Position numbers and translations under genes: made by a program | NCBI GenBank assembly: GCA_051362555.1 | Contig: CM120641.1 | Coordinates: 32,804,401 to 32,868,400 of the forward strand | Direction of reading: 5' to 3' | Source: Lingula anatina | Lineage: Eukaryota > Animalia > Brachiopoda | Length of the DNA stretch: 64,000 bases | The notes under the pieces: generated by a model | What the model saw: only the letters and a program-made list of their open reading frames with translations | Databases searched by the model: none | Told to the model about the DNA's origin: nothing | Shown here: piece by piece, positions 51,101 to 64,000 of the stretch | How positions within the stretch are numbered: position 1 is the first letter of the stretch | How the letters are laid out: the number at the start of each line of letters is the position of its first letter

Positions 51101-54100
51101 AATCCTGTTTTGATTCCTTCAGACATGCATGACAGTGAAACCACAGTTACGTAGCTTTAGTTTCATTTCCCCATTCAGATTTGGCCCAGGGACCTAGCAT
51201 ACATAGTAGAAATTTCCAATGACCTAGTCACATGAACTTAAGGGACCATTCTCACAGATATTTGGATCAATCTATCTCACTGGAGAGTCTCACTAAATTG
51301 CTATCAAACTAACCAGCTTAAATGTCTGTCACGCCTAGTAAAACTGTTAGGGGGTCATTATCTTTACCCCTAGCTGATTCGGTAGGCATGCTAGACATTT
51401 AAGCCTCTTGAGCTGATAGCGAATTAGCGGGAACCCCCGGGGAGTTAGGTCGATCCAGATGGATCGATCTAAGTATGGGAACCACACCTTTCGTGGTGTG
51501 TAACGCACGAGAGATGATTTCATGTCATCGCTGTTTAACCACTGATTCAGGATAGCAGCGTGTTTTCCCAACTCTGTGAAGTTAAGTGTACTCTTCCCTA
51601 ATCATTTTTATATTCGTTTAATGTTACATTTTCCAAAATACGATGCACACAAGATCGGCCCCATGTTACAATTTTGATGCCTATGTCCCATTGTGGTTAC
51701 CCAGTACCATGTCCCAATGTTATTACCCAGTTACCAGTATCAGTGATAGAAATACATTACGTATAATTTACCAATCAGTCACAATGCTCATAAATAACCT
51801 GCATAATGCCAGCAATTGTCATATTGATCTACTAGTATGTTCAAATGTCAAAAATGACAATAGAAAATGCAAGTTTTATACATTTAAGTTTTTTTTCCAA
51901 AAAGATGTGTTAAATATATATCTACTGTACATGCAACAATTGTTTCACTCATTTTATGTTAATTCTGTTAATCTATTAATCTGACTGCATTCTGAGAGAA
52001 TCCCTGCAGAGTTGAATTAATGTACAATAGTTTCATTGGGAATGAGACCTTAAAGAGAAATTCACTCACACCTCAACCATCTAGTATATATGAAATCTTT
52101 ACTTCAGGGAAATAACAAGCACACTTTCTTGACCAGAACAGACTGTAATTAAAGATGCATATAAAGTCCGTTTTTTGCCACAAAAGCCAACCAAAAGCCA
52201 GCATACAGTTTCAAGTGGTATAACTAAGAGAATTACCAAAAGGCATCGTTTAATTTTACCCAAAAAAGTAATTTGAACAGATATTTCTGCTAGCATTCTA
52301 TGTTGTTTATCAATGGGGCAGAAAAATAGGTCATTAAAATAGGTTAAATTTATGACCAAAAATTTAAAGAAAAGAGCAGTCTAAAGCTTTTTTATGGCTG
52401 ATTGAGTGTTTTATTCAGTTTATCCATTGGCATTTCAAATTTATTTGAGTCGTATAAGGAACTAGTAGAAGTGGTTTATATATGTTACTGGGAATCCATG
52501 CTCTACCGATGCTCAGTTCATATGTACCTTTAAGCAGCACATAAAAATGCAGGAAGGGAGAGAGAGTAAACCAACCCAAATTGTATCAATTCACAGCAGA
52601 TTATTATTTCATGCAATAAGTATAACCTTGGTTTTTTATATTCTTTAAAAATATTGCAGTGTGATATGACTGAATAGTAAATGTCAGTAGCACAAACAGC
52701 AGCTGTAGGAATACAAGATAACTTGTATTACTGGGTGTGCCATGCATTTTCAATACATTAACTCTATTTATATGCAAAGACTTTGTTTTCTTTTTCTTTT
52801 GCATAATAAATATGAATTGATAAGCTTTATCCTTTTCAAACGGTAGCGTTAAGAACGCTTTATTGTTTCTATTTTGTTTTGGTGAAATACAAAAATAAAA
52901 TAGAAGCTTTGATAATATCCATCAATGATACAAGTGGCAATTTGCCATACTTAAAAAAAAGATACTAGAAAGAGGTCACACTGGCAAGAGTAAGCATAGT
53001 CAAGGACTAAAGCCTTTTAATGTTTTCTATATCTTATGCCTCTGCAAGAGAATGAGCAAATAAAGTATGGACTGATCTCATACTGTTTATATACTGTTTA
53101 CTATCAATCAAGATATTGTATTTTATTTCTCTGTCATTCCCATTTTACACTTTACATTTTCCCTGTTGTGCTTGAGAGCAAGGATCCTGAGAGAGCTGTC
53201 CATCTGCGCCAGCCATCATTTGCACGGTCAGTTTACTCAGAAAATGGCCAATATTTTCTACGACAGGCAAACAGCTTTATAATGAAATTTTGAAGATATG
53301 ACAGCTTGATTTATCAGGACGCATGGTTGGCCTAGAAAACCTAGAAAGTATTTTGATGTACCCAGATTATCTGATGAGTCAAGATGAAACAGTCAAGTTT
53401 ATCCAAGCCAACTAGATGCACGTGCACTACCGATATAATCAGTTAAATCCACAGTGGGTCATCGACCCCACATAACTGAGTGCTGCTCAGTAACCACTTA
53501 AAACCGATTTTGTTCTAGATTCTTCAGTGTCTTTGAGATCACCTGTAGCGCGGATATCCGGTTCAGACTTACTGGGGTATTTGTTGCTGATTCACTAAGG
53601 GTGCTTTCCCAGAGATTTAGATCGATCTAAAGATTAAGTTTTAGATTGACCTAACTCCCTGGGGGTTCACGCTAAATTGCAGTCAGCCGAGCGGGCACCA
53701 TAGTTAATTATCCCCTTACAGCTTTTAGTAGGCGGGACAGACGCTTAAGCCGGCCAAGCTGACAGTAATCTAGTGAGACTCCCCCAAGGGATAGATCGAT
53801 CTAAAAATCTATGGAAATGGGGTGTAAATTATGCATGCACAACCAATCGGCATAGAAAACCTTCTTTAAGCTTTAAAGCATTATTTCAATATCCATTCAC
53901 TCAAAGACCAAAACACTTGAGAATTTCAGAGAAATCATTTGAAAACACTTTAATTTGATGACATATTACATAACAAAGTAAATCCTGTTTCTGCTCTAAC
54001 TCACACTTTTTGTTCTCAAGCACAGCAATGAATGTATAAATCCTAAATAGGAATGATCAATTAAAGCAGAGAATTCCACCTAAGGCTAATAGTATGATGA

Positions 54101-55188
54101 AACTAAGAGGTATGGTTAAACTATTTACTATACACAGTGAACACCTAAAATACACCATGGATTAAATGTAATATGCTATATAATATGCTTATCAATCAAC
54201 CATATTATTATCATTTAAAATAGTAGCATAGTTTCTACAGGCTCTTCTTGAGTTTCTAATATGGCAGAGGACCCCATAATTGATCAACAAATCATGACGA
54301 TTTGTCAAATTATGTCATTAATATCAATTACCTAGCAATTTATTACAGTCTACCTAAAAAGTGTAACAGTGCAACACAACACAATACACTATAGATATGA
54401 TGCCAGACACGAGTAAACACAGGAAACCTTCAATCTCAAGAAAATAGGGTAATTTAGAAGCAAAATATATTACTACATGTAGGTATTGATAATGGTCCAA
54501 CTTTATAAATTGGTAAGATTTGTCCACCATATTGCAAAGAAGAGCCACATCTTCTTGAGTGATCAATATAGCAGACAACCCAACAATTCATTTATATAAG
54601 CAGATCGCACTGACATGTCAAGTTGGATCAACAATTTTAATCACTTAGTATTTAATTTTGCTTTTATATCACCCCATTTTCTTGGAAATGAGCGCTTTCC
54701 TGTGTTTACTCGCATCCAGTGAGGAGTTTGTTTCTTTTTCAGTGTAATGCACTGTATTGTGTATTACAGTACGACCCTACACCCTAGCCTGTAGGTCAAC
54801 TTAAAGGCCGTAAATTATAACAGATTAATAACATTTCCAGCTACGTGAAAGTGGGTCATTTACAGTACATCACTACATGATTTAGTGCAAATGGTAAAGA
54901 CACAGAAGTAATAAAATGCAATATCTGACTTCAGAATGATACTGTTACTAATGCACTTCTATTTCTGTTTGCTTTACATGATCAAAAAGATGATTATGTC
55001 GATGAACAGAGCTCGACATGTAATGTTATGATAACTGATATATGGTCGGATATACAGACCAGCGTCACAATTGCGTCAATCACTTTCTAGGTGTTTTCTT
55101 ATAAAATATCAAGCAGATATAACAAAACTTACATCTTATCTTCTTCTATTTCAAAATCCATTGTACTGATGTCTGTATCTGAGTACAT
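45183..55188 (-). CDS. PICK1: PRKCA-binding protein PICK1 (PDZ + arfaptin/BAR domain + acidic tail), complete
   Basis: Approximate exons: 55188-55133 (MYSDTDISTMDFEIEEDK), 49097-48857 (GMTVTSGTATLKKDAQNLIGISIGGGAPVCPCLYVVQIFDNTPAAKDG..), 48536-48470 (YNKLHADPKQGKTLDI), 48037-47948 (MSSSTADALGLSRAILCND), 47168-47052, 46685-46552 (IGVREPQ), 46373-46281 (LNKAVPDTRLTLKKYLDAKFEYL), 46042-45941 (SYCLKVKEMDDEE..LYRVETGNYEY), 45751-45656 (RLILRCRQEARARFAKMRSDV), 45434-45183 (QDIVFQLQR..DVFPIEVDL..EEDEEEEEE). Confidence 0.97.
47406..47626 (+). mobile_element. ~230-bp MITE (GATCGATCTA sub-terminal family, Tourist/Harbinger-like)
   Basis: Imperfect TIRs, TAA-like flanks; homologous to 51238-51490 and 53596-53827. 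Confidence 0.75.
51238..51490 (+). mobile_element. Second copy of the ~230-bp MITE
   Basis: Shares GAGTCTCACTA, CCAGCTTAAATGTC and GAACCCC.GGGAGTTAGGTCGATC with the 47406 copy. Confidence 0.75.
53596..53827 (-). mobile_element. Third copy of the ~230-bp MITE, reverse orientation
   Basis: GACCTAACTCCCTGGGGGTTCACGCTAAA and TAGTGAGACTCCCC are reverse complements of segments of the 47406 copy. Confidence 0.75.
54360..54770. mobile_element. Degenerate fold-back element in PICK1 intron 1
   Basis: CGAGTAAACACAGGAAA (54410-54426) is the exact inverse of TTTCCTGTGTTTACTCG (54696-54712), with weaker pairing on both sides. Confidence 0.55.
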
Positions 55189-55680
55189 GGACCCCCTAAA
55201 TTGTAATCAATACTGTTGTACTCTCAATTTTTCATCTTCTCGGCGACTTCTCACAGCTATAGGGGGCACACAAGTCAAGAAAGGACAGTCCCGTGCTTAG
55301 GGCTACTCACACGACCACTCTTTTCTTCCAAGCCGATGCTGCCTCTTGGAAATATGATGCACGGGGATTGAGGTACGGGGAAGAACTTATCAAGCTACTT
55401 AAAAATATCAAATCTTATTAAATCTACACTGCCACCATACCAAGTCTCTAAGTTGAGGTGATTCTTGTGTTTACTATGTGAAGGTTTTCGACAGACACAT
55501 TAAAGGTCTGTCATATGACGGTAGCGTTAATAGTTTCAAACATTTTACTTCTATTCGTGTATCAAAATCATAGATATGAAAGTTTTCAAAAGACACTATA
55601 AAATCGTAAAAAGAATATATCTATAACTATCAGACTAACTGTCTGAAATTTTAATTCAATTTATTTCCATCGTGTGGATT

Positions 55681-55908
55681 TTTACCTCTGCCAAGGAGGT
55701 TATGTTTTCACCCCTGTCTGTTTGTTTGTCATCAACATAACTCAAAAAGTTATGGACCGATTGTGATGAAATTTTCAGGGTAGGCAGGAAATGGGTGAAC
55801 TTAGAAGTGATTAGTTTTTGGTGGTGATCCGGGTCAATAATCAATCAATAATCAATAATAATCAAAAATCGCTGCCTTGGCGGAGGTCTGCGCTCTTGGA
55901 GTGCTTCC
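55681..55908 (-). mobile_element. Small DINE-1/HINE-like element (ACCTCCGCCAAGG family)
   Basis: TTACCTCTGCCAAGGAGGTTATGTTTTCACCCCTG...CCTTGGCGGAGGTCTGCGCTCT. Confidence 0.85.
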
Positions 55909-56810
55909 CCCCCCCCCCCCCCCCCCCTTTTTTTTTTCGTTAATGAACATTATGCATGAGTACTAAGTTTTGGTCTAGCTGATCCTGTAGCATGTAGCTA
56001 AATACGCCATAAAACCGAAAAAAACATAGGCCTATACAGACTAACAATAGTCTAAAATAGTCGAACTGGTTATTGTTATTTAGATATAAGAAAAGTGTCG
56101 AATTTGAGAAAAAATAGCAAAGACGAACAGCCTATTCTTGGCAATACGGTGAGCCCGAGATGGCCTAAGCCTACCTGACTACAATGAATCTAACCTTTTA
56201 AAAGGTACGAGCATTACCTGGATATTGACAAAACGCACAGATATTAAGAATACAAGCGGAAAAGCACTTCTACGCCCTTCCTAAATTATAGATACACATA
56301 ACCTGGTGGGAATACAACATCGTAAATATCTCTTAGATTAGCGAGCATCTCAAAATAGCTTAAATGCTTCCAGGGTAATTGAGAATGATAACACGGGGTT
56401 TGAGCCGAAAATGAAAGGGAATCCTGCGTGTCATTTCAGCTGAAATCATTTTGCACAGGCCAAACTTCCTATTTTCCAGAGAGGGAAATGGGACCGTTTC
56501 AAGCCGCTTGCCCTTTCAGAAGCTTCTGGTTTTTTGTCAGTGCTGTGTGCGAGCAGTTCTTTTTCGTGAACACTACGGTCAGCTGAAGTTGGAAGAAGCA
56601 TTGAAACTCGTATATTTCCAGATTCAAATTTCACGAAATCGGGTGACATCAGCATGGTTCCTTCTGTTCCGGTTAAGTAATTGCGATTATGTCAAGGGAA
56701 GGTTTGAGAACGGGCAGGTGGTGCACGAAGGATGCTAATGCCCATCTCTATGAATACAGGCAGACACGTAGGTCAGTCAGCTGCTAGATCAAGGCAGCCT
56801 TTCGGTGAAA

Positions 56811-57791
56811 ATGAAGTTGTTTGCCGCAATTTTCATACCGCTCTTGGCATTTGCAGGTAAGTCCAGAGTTATGCTTATAAATAGTTAGATAATTACAGGG
56901 CTACTAATTTCAAGGCGAGTTTTTAACGGCTACTGCTAGAAGGAAATATTCTCTATGAAAATTTAACTGGATTTTGTCGTCGTTGTAATTTTACTCGTCG
57001 ACCCTAGAACGAAATTAATGTTGGCAAATCATTGATGCACTGTAAATAAACATCCATTGGCTGTCAGGTTGAGTGCATCGATAAATGATCTTTGGAATTT
57101 TTCCAAAATGTGCACGCGGAGCAATCAAGCAGTTAATGGAAATTTTAATGTCAAAATTTCTACCCAATTAGTCTATGCTGGTCTCCAAAAGACAAGTGAC
57201 ATGCTTTTTGAACAATAAAATCGTAACTGTCTTTCTAATAATAAAGTAAAATCAGTGCACGTAAGCGTTCTATTAGCTTAGATGAAAATATATATAAGAA
57301 GAAAAAACGCACGCATTTAAAAAGTATGCTGGAAGTATGCTGGAACCACAAAAAGCCCCAGGAGAAAGTATTTAAGTTTTTTATCCCATCTATAATTCCA
57401 CGACATGTCTCTTACTTAAATTCTAACATATGTGAAGTGACATGCATAATAACAATATTGTCATGTCATTTTTAGTTTGCGAAGGAAAGCCGCTGAGGGT
57501 GGACACTCTAGAAGATGACGGTGAGATTGACTCAACAGTTCAAGAATTCGTTCAAACCACAGTCGGTGTTCTGCCCTCCCTGATAATAAAAACTTGACTC
57601 AATCCAAGCATGTATATGTTTATAACTCCTTGACTCATGCAAAGAAATACGAAAAAAAGTGCCGAAGTTCCATTAGTTTTATTGCCTCAGTTTACCTGTT
57701 AGGATCTGTTCACACACGGGGCTATCTCAGTTCGAAACTCTGTCTGACGAAATCGGGTTTGAAGAAAGCATAAAACACAGTGGCGGGTCCA

Positions 57792-57822
<31 letters not shown>

Positions 57823-60800
57823 TGTGTGTGTGTGTGTGTGAACGAATCAAGACCAAATAAAGAAATATTTCCGTCCCTATGACCAATATATTCAATATAG
57901 TCAGAATTTCCCCGTCAACTTTTTTCCAATGTCGCCCGCCACCCACCCAGTAGCAAAAAAACCTGGATTCTTCAGTGGGCATCCCATCGTGTGTGTGAAT
58001 GGGTCAGGCCCGTAGCCAGGGGGGGGGGGGGGGGGGGTTCGGGGGGTTCGAAAGAACCACCCTTTTTGCTGGGAAAGGTCCACTCTGGGTAAAATTTGAC
58101 CTATGTAATTGAGAATTTTATGGTAAAAGGTCCACTTTTTCAGAAAACGAACCCCCCCCTCTGAAATTGCTGGCTACGGGCCTGTGGGTCCTTCTCCATA
58201 GATTCATAATCAACTTTTATTTGCTTCTGTTTGTTTAACACACCCAAATAAAGAAAGTAATCTAAACGCTTATATTTATCTATTCCACTTTTATTGCGTT
58301 TACGGTCCAGTATTTATCCAGTGCGAACGTAACCAGTTTGCTTGTGCAGATAACGTCACGTGTATAGCCGCTATGTGGGCGTGTGACCAGGACCCGGACT
58401 GCCCAGATGCGTCAGATGAAAAGAACTGTGGAAGTAAGTAACAGTGTCTTAACTGTTTGTTCTAGATTGTCAAAAAAATGTTAAAAAGTCATAAGCTGCG
58501 AATGCAATGTAACCAAGAGATATGTGGAGTAGTAAGAAAAGAGAAACCGAAGAAATCAAAAACACATAAAAAATGCAAAGCCGTTTATTCTTAATTCTGT
58601 ACTTATGTAAATAAAAAAGCAAAGCAAAACAAAACAAAAATAACACATCAACAGAATTGAAGAAAACTGCCAGATAAAACAGTGTGGATGTTTTTTTCCC
58701 ACCACGCAGTTGTAGACGGCTCGTGCAGTTACTATGAATTCACGTGTGCCAACAAGCAAGAGTGCACTGCCAAGTGGCACGTGTGTGACGGCGACAAAGA
58801 CTGCACCGATGGATCAGACGAAGAGGACTGTGACGGTAAATATAGCTAACCCCTGAAATCTTTCCTTTTCAGCATCTTCATATTCAGAGGTGCCTCTAAA
58901 ATTCAGGTGCTGAAAAAGACATTTAACGAGTTTTTGACCCTAAAAAAATCAACGACTTATTCTAGGATATTCTCCATAGCTAAAATAAGTCCTGTGGGAT
59001 GTTGTTACTATATGTTATCTAAAAAGAAAGCTGGAAAATTTTGAAATATTCCTACCTAGCATTTCGTAAAAAATATCAGTCACACCCGGTAGCTTATATA
59101 ACTAAATATACAATCAAGTAAAGGGAAATTTCTTGTAAATGTGAAAACAGGTATTGTATCTGACAGCCATTCCATGAATGCATTTATTCACCTTGAATAG
59201 ATTACTTACTTTTTTCATTATATTTTATTTCCTTAAGTTACCACATGTGCGCCGTACGAGTTCCAGTGTGCCAATAAAAAGAAATGCCTTAGCAAGACTT
59301 GGATGTGTGACGGCGATGACGACTGTGGAGACGGGTCTGACGAAAAGAACTGCACAGGTGACTTGTTCCTCACTTTCTGAAGTTTTAACTCTATCTTTTC
59401 AAGATACGAAAAATATATTAATTGTGAAATGTGTCTCTAAATCCTGGACAATAAGCCTCTTTTCATTTGGCATTCCTGCCTTTGAAAATCTTCGAAAACT
59501 AATTTTTATGTTTGTAAAACATATTCTTAGCCTACTCAACTCATTTGCTCCCCCAATTCCATATCTATTCTTGATGGATTCCTTTGACTGGATCAAAGAT
59601 ATTTTTGTCTAATTGTTTTCAGTGGTTGGGACCACGTGTAGCTCGTGGGAAATCAGCTGTCCTAACTCTGACCGTTGTATTTCCCGTACTTACATATGTG
59701 ACGGGGACGACGACTGCGGAGACAACTCGGACGAAAAGAACTGCACAGGTTGGTGTTGATTTAAATTTAAAATCCCCTGAAAGGGACAGTATACTGAATT
59801 TTGGCTCAAGAAAAAATACTGTCAACAAAATATATTTCTAGGCTGTGCAAAAGGGCATGCTTTCTAAAAGAAAATCAGGAATATTTCAAACAATGAAAGC
59901 CCTTGATACTTCCTCTTCAAACTTTATTTAGTTTCAACAAAAAGAGAAATGGATATTATTTCATAATATTTTATAATAATAATAATAATAATTTATTTGG
60001 GAATTATTCTTAAAGATCCACATTTTTTACATAGTCTTTTTTTTTCTCTTCCAGTTACTCTCGGGAATGGCTGTCTCGTCCACCAGTTTGCTTGTGCTAA
60101 CAAAAAATGTGTCCCCAGCATCTATCTATGTGACGGAGACAACGATTGCCGGGACGGTTCGGATGAAACCACGGATGTTTGCGTCAGTGAGTGAATACAA
60201 TCGAACTGCATATAGTTTTAGTGCACAAAGGTTTGGTTATTATTTATTCATTCTTAGGATATTGTGACAAGCCTTGGGTTTTGACTGGTTAACGTATATT
60301 TGGCATGAACTGACCATCATAATTGGTAGGTTTCCCCTTCTCTTATTGCATATCAAAGAAAAAACAACAGACGCTGATACACCATACCTTTCCTCTGGTC
60401 TCTATTTTCCTGTTGTTTATCATTTAGATGTCCATGGTAACCGCACATGCGACAAGGACGAGTTTCGTTGTCAGAACAAGCGCTGCATAGATGTGGGTTT
60501 CCGCTGTGACGGAGACAACGATTGCGGGGACAGCTCTGACGAAGCGGATTGCCCACGTGTGTCACTCATTTTATCTACATCATAACATATTACACTTTTT
60601 GACATATTCGTTCAGGATTAACAAAATTGCCTCACGTAGTCTTATTTTAACAGTGCATTCTCATTGTACAATGATTTTTACCATCACACACTCTCTCTGT
60701 CTCTCTCTAGCCCCAACGTGCAGAGCAGGCCAATTCCAGTGCGGTGACGGCAAATGTGTTCCAGGCTTTTATAAATGTGACAACGACAAAGACTGTGATG

Positions 60801-63461
60801 ATAATTCCGACGAGTTAGGATGCCCGAGTAAGTATCAAATAATGGCCTGCTTCCTTGAGATGTATATTTATTAAAAGTTTTTCAGTAAATCAACGCACTT
60901 AGAAAAGAAATACAAAGAAAGGCATTTCATAAGAATATAAATGAGCAGCTCATAAACACATAAATCGCTTTTAAACAAGGGAACGCAAGCTACCATCACA
61001 TTAGAGATAAAAATGTTTATGCTATAGTCAAGACCTGTCAATGAAAATTTTGCTCTGTTTTGTAATTATATGCATGACATTTTTTCTTGGGATGGGGGTT
61101 GAGGGGTAATAGGAGAACTTTTCGAGGGAATCAGAGAAAAAATTTATAAAATATGTATCTGATGTATCACCTGTAATCATGAAAGGTGGGGGTCTAGAAC
61201 GCATGTAAATTGTGTTATTCCAGCCACACCAACACCTACCTGTAGAACAGGCGAATTTCAGTGCGGAGACGGTAAATGTATCCCTGGCGCTTATAAATGT
61301 GACAACGACAAGGATTGTGCTGATAATTCCGACGAGCTAGGATGCCCAAGTAAGTGTCAAACTTTTAAGAAAATAAGTGGTTGGTTGCATAAAGAGGGGG
61401 AAGGGTTAGAAAAATCTGAATAAAACATTTTATTAAATGGCTCTTTAAAATAAATCTTTTAGACTTAACACCGATCATCCCTAGCAAGCACATTCTCCCA
61501 TCTTCATTTAAGCGAAAGATTTTACGTAACATTTTCTCGTTTCATAATTCAGAATGTACAATTTCTTGATACAGACGTGTGCCAAAAATATGAACGTAAT
61601 ATTTATTATTCTAAATCAACAACCACGTCAGCTCCAACGTGCCCATCCAGCCAGTTCACTTGCAGCAATGGGAAATGCATTCTAAATGAATGGGTTTGTG
61701 ACAATGATGATGACTGTGGAGATAAGTCAGACGAACAAAACTGCACAGGTTTCTTTCTCTCTTTTCGTTTTAAACACGAAATTATAGTGGAATAGCCTAC
61801 AATAGTTAGCCAGGTGCAATGTTAGTATTTTTATTTTTATGTTGCTTGTTTTTCCTTGGGGTGGGGGGTAGGGTGGGGTGGGGGTAATAGGAGAACTTTT
61901 CGATGAGAATCAGAGAAAAAAATATATAAAATGTGTATAATCTGTAATCATTAAGGTGAGTGTCTAGAACGCATGTAAATTGTGTTATTCCAGCCACACC
62001 AACACCTACCTGTAGAACAGGCGAATTTCAGTGCGGAGATGGTAAATGTATCCCTGGCGCTTATAAATGTGACAACGACAAGGATTGTGCTGATAATTCC
62101 GACGAGCTTGGATGCCCAAGTAAGTACCAAACCTGAAAAAAGAAACTTCAGAAAATATAAGTGACTGGTTACATAGAAAAATCTGAATAAAATATTTAAT
62201 TAAATGCCTCTTCAAAATAAATCTTTAAGACTTGTCCCTTGCACCGATCTCCCCTAGCAAACACACTCTCATCTTCATTTAAGCGAAAGATTTTACTTAA
62301 CATTTTTTTCTCGTTTTATAATTCAGAATATACAATTTCTTGATACAGACGTGTGCCAAAAATATGTATGTAATATTGAATATTCTATCTCTGCAGCCAC
62401 GCCAGCGCCGACGTGCCCATCCAGCCAGTTCACTTGCAGCAATGGGAAATGCATTCTAAATGAATGGGTTTGTGACAATGATGATGACTGTGGAGATAAG
62501 TCAGACGAACAAAACTGCACAGGTTCTCTCTCTCTCTCTCTCTCTCTCTTTTCGTTTTTTAACACGGAGTTAAGTGGTATACAATAATTTACCAGGTGCA
62601 ATGCCAGTATTTTTATTTTTATATTTTGCTTAAAAGAAATTGAATTGAAAATTTTCCTCAGTTTACTCGAAGCGATGAGCTGGTTCATTCTTACAGGAAT
62701 GTTGCAATACATGTTGAAAGCAAACAAATCGTAAAGAGACTAGACATTTTACCTCCGCCAAGGAGGTTATGTTTTCACCCCTGTTTGTTTGTTTGTCTAT
62801 CTGTCTGTTTGTCTGTCTGTCTGTTTGTCATCAACATAACTCAAAAAGTTATGGATGAATTTCGATGGAATTTTCAGGGTAGGGTTAACTTAGAAGTGAT
62901 TAGTTTTTGGTGGTGATCCGGATCAACAATCAATCAATAATCAATAATAAAAAAAACTAAGTTATGGACCGATTTTGATGAAATTTTCAGGAACTGTCAG
63001 AAGTTGGCCAAGGAACAGATGATTAATTTTTGGTGGTGATCCGGATCAATAATCAATCAATAATCAAAAATCAAAAACTGAATCATTATAGAATGAAAAT
63101 TTAGGGGTGAAACGGCATTGGGTGGAGATTTTGCTGCCTTGGCGGAGGTCTGCGCTCTCGGAGTGCTTTTCTAGTTACCAATGTTTCGTGACGTTTCGAC
63201 ACCACTTCAAAGGTCCTTGGTCAGGTTGCTGCCTCGTAGATGTGAACTTCTTAAAAAACAATTTACTTCTTATAATCATTGCACAAGAGACAGCAAAAAA
63301 CCTATTTTGTTGAATGATCTGATTGTCTGTTTTAGTTCTCCTCAATGGATATTGTCGCTCTTCTGAGTTCACCTGTGCCAATAAGGAATGCGTCCCCATT
63401 GGTTACGTGTGCGACAGAGACAAGGATTGTTCTGATGGGTCAGATGAAGTGAATTGTACTG
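56811..63461 (+). CDS. Secreted or membrane protein with signal peptide and at least 12 tandem LDL-receptor class A repeats; 3' end lies beyond the window
   Basis: Exon 56811-56856 [15 protein letters not shown]; exon ~57476-57520 [15 protein letters not shown]; twelve phase-1 LDLa exons starting near 58311, 58710, 59238, 59623, 60055, 60428, 60711, 61224, 61632, 61994, 62397, 63336, each with six Cys and a CDxxxDCxDxSDExxC-type motif. Confidence 0.9.
57792..57840. repeat. (GT)n microsatellite inside a probable small MITE (~57701-58004)
   Basis: ~24 GT units; flanking TTCACACACG / CGTGTGTGTGAA inverted ends. Confidence 0.8.
58005..58184 (+). mobile_element. ~180-bp MITE (CAGGCCCGTAGCCAG TIR family)
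   Basis: Perfect 15-bp TIRs; TGGGT duplicated on both sides. Confidence 0.9.
61100..62620 (+). repeat. Recent ~775-bp tandem duplication carrying two LDLa exons
   Basis: Exons at 61224 and 61994 are near-identical, as are 61640-61748 and 62414-62522; introns are also alignable. Confidence 0.92.
62747..63176 (-). mobile_element. Small DINE-1/HINE-like element (ACCTCCGCCAAGG family) with internal duplication and (TGTC)n
   Basis: TTTTACCTCCGCCAAGGAGGTTATG...CCTTGGCGGAGGTCTGCGCTCTCGGAGTGCTTTTCTAGTT. Confidence 0.85.
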
Positions 63462-64000
63462 GTAAGAAAATAAACATTATTGTAAACATAGAAAACAACA
63501 GTGAGTTTTCATGGGTGGAGTGGGAGGAAACATGCTATGCCAGTTTGCTTGAATAGCGAAGTGAAATGTAAGTGGACAAGCAAGGGAAAATATAATCCAA
63601 GCAACTTGTTGATATTAAAGGGATAATAACTCTTCGTATGAGATCTATATTTCACAATAAAAACATTGTGAATAACTCATAGAAATAGAATATATTCTGT
63701 TTTACCATAAAAACGGCAGTTATAACTATAAATTCTGATATTTGAGCTTGTCTTTAAACCACGTGACCTCCATTGATAACTATACTCTGTTAAAATCTCT
63801 TAAGAGATTTTAACAAAAAACCAAACTTTTTAGAAAAAAACCAGGGACTAACTTTGAATGTAAAAATGGATTTATTAACCATTGGTAAGTATGGGAAAAT
63901 TGTTGTTTACTCCAGGAAAATTCATTTTTTGGCCGAAACGAAGAGTTATTATCCCTTTAAATATTTAGCATGTTCAAAACAAATACAAAAAAAGAAATTA

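Overview
AT-rich, intron-containing animal genomic DNA, probably a lophotrochozoan invertebrate judging by repeat types (taxon not determinable from sequence alone). Left to right: (1) the 3' ~85% of a type I fatty acid synthase gene (+, 1-14430, ~27 exons, KS end-MAT-DH-pseudoMT-ER-KR-ACP-TE); (2) an orphan minus-strand promoter and first exon near 18.3 kb; (3) an unexplained minus-strand transcription unit (~28.1 to ~21.5 kb) with a TATA/Inr promoter and many canonical exons but no long ORF, built from 70-bp and 52-bp exonic minisatellites and a 132-bp tandem repeat whose unit is a whole 52-nt exon plus an 80-nt GT-AG intron; (4) the last five intact exons of a MOV10 RNA helicase (-, 32148-35413) whose 5' half I cannot find; (5) large Helentron-type non-autonomous repeats (36-45 kb); (6) a complete PICK1 gene (-, 45183-55188) with a candidate alternative first exon; (7) the 5' part of a signal-peptide gene with at least 12 consecutive LDLa exons (+, from 56811). 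Several MITE families are scattered throughout, one with clear 5-bp target-site duplications. Exon coordinates were read by eye and may be off by a few bases.
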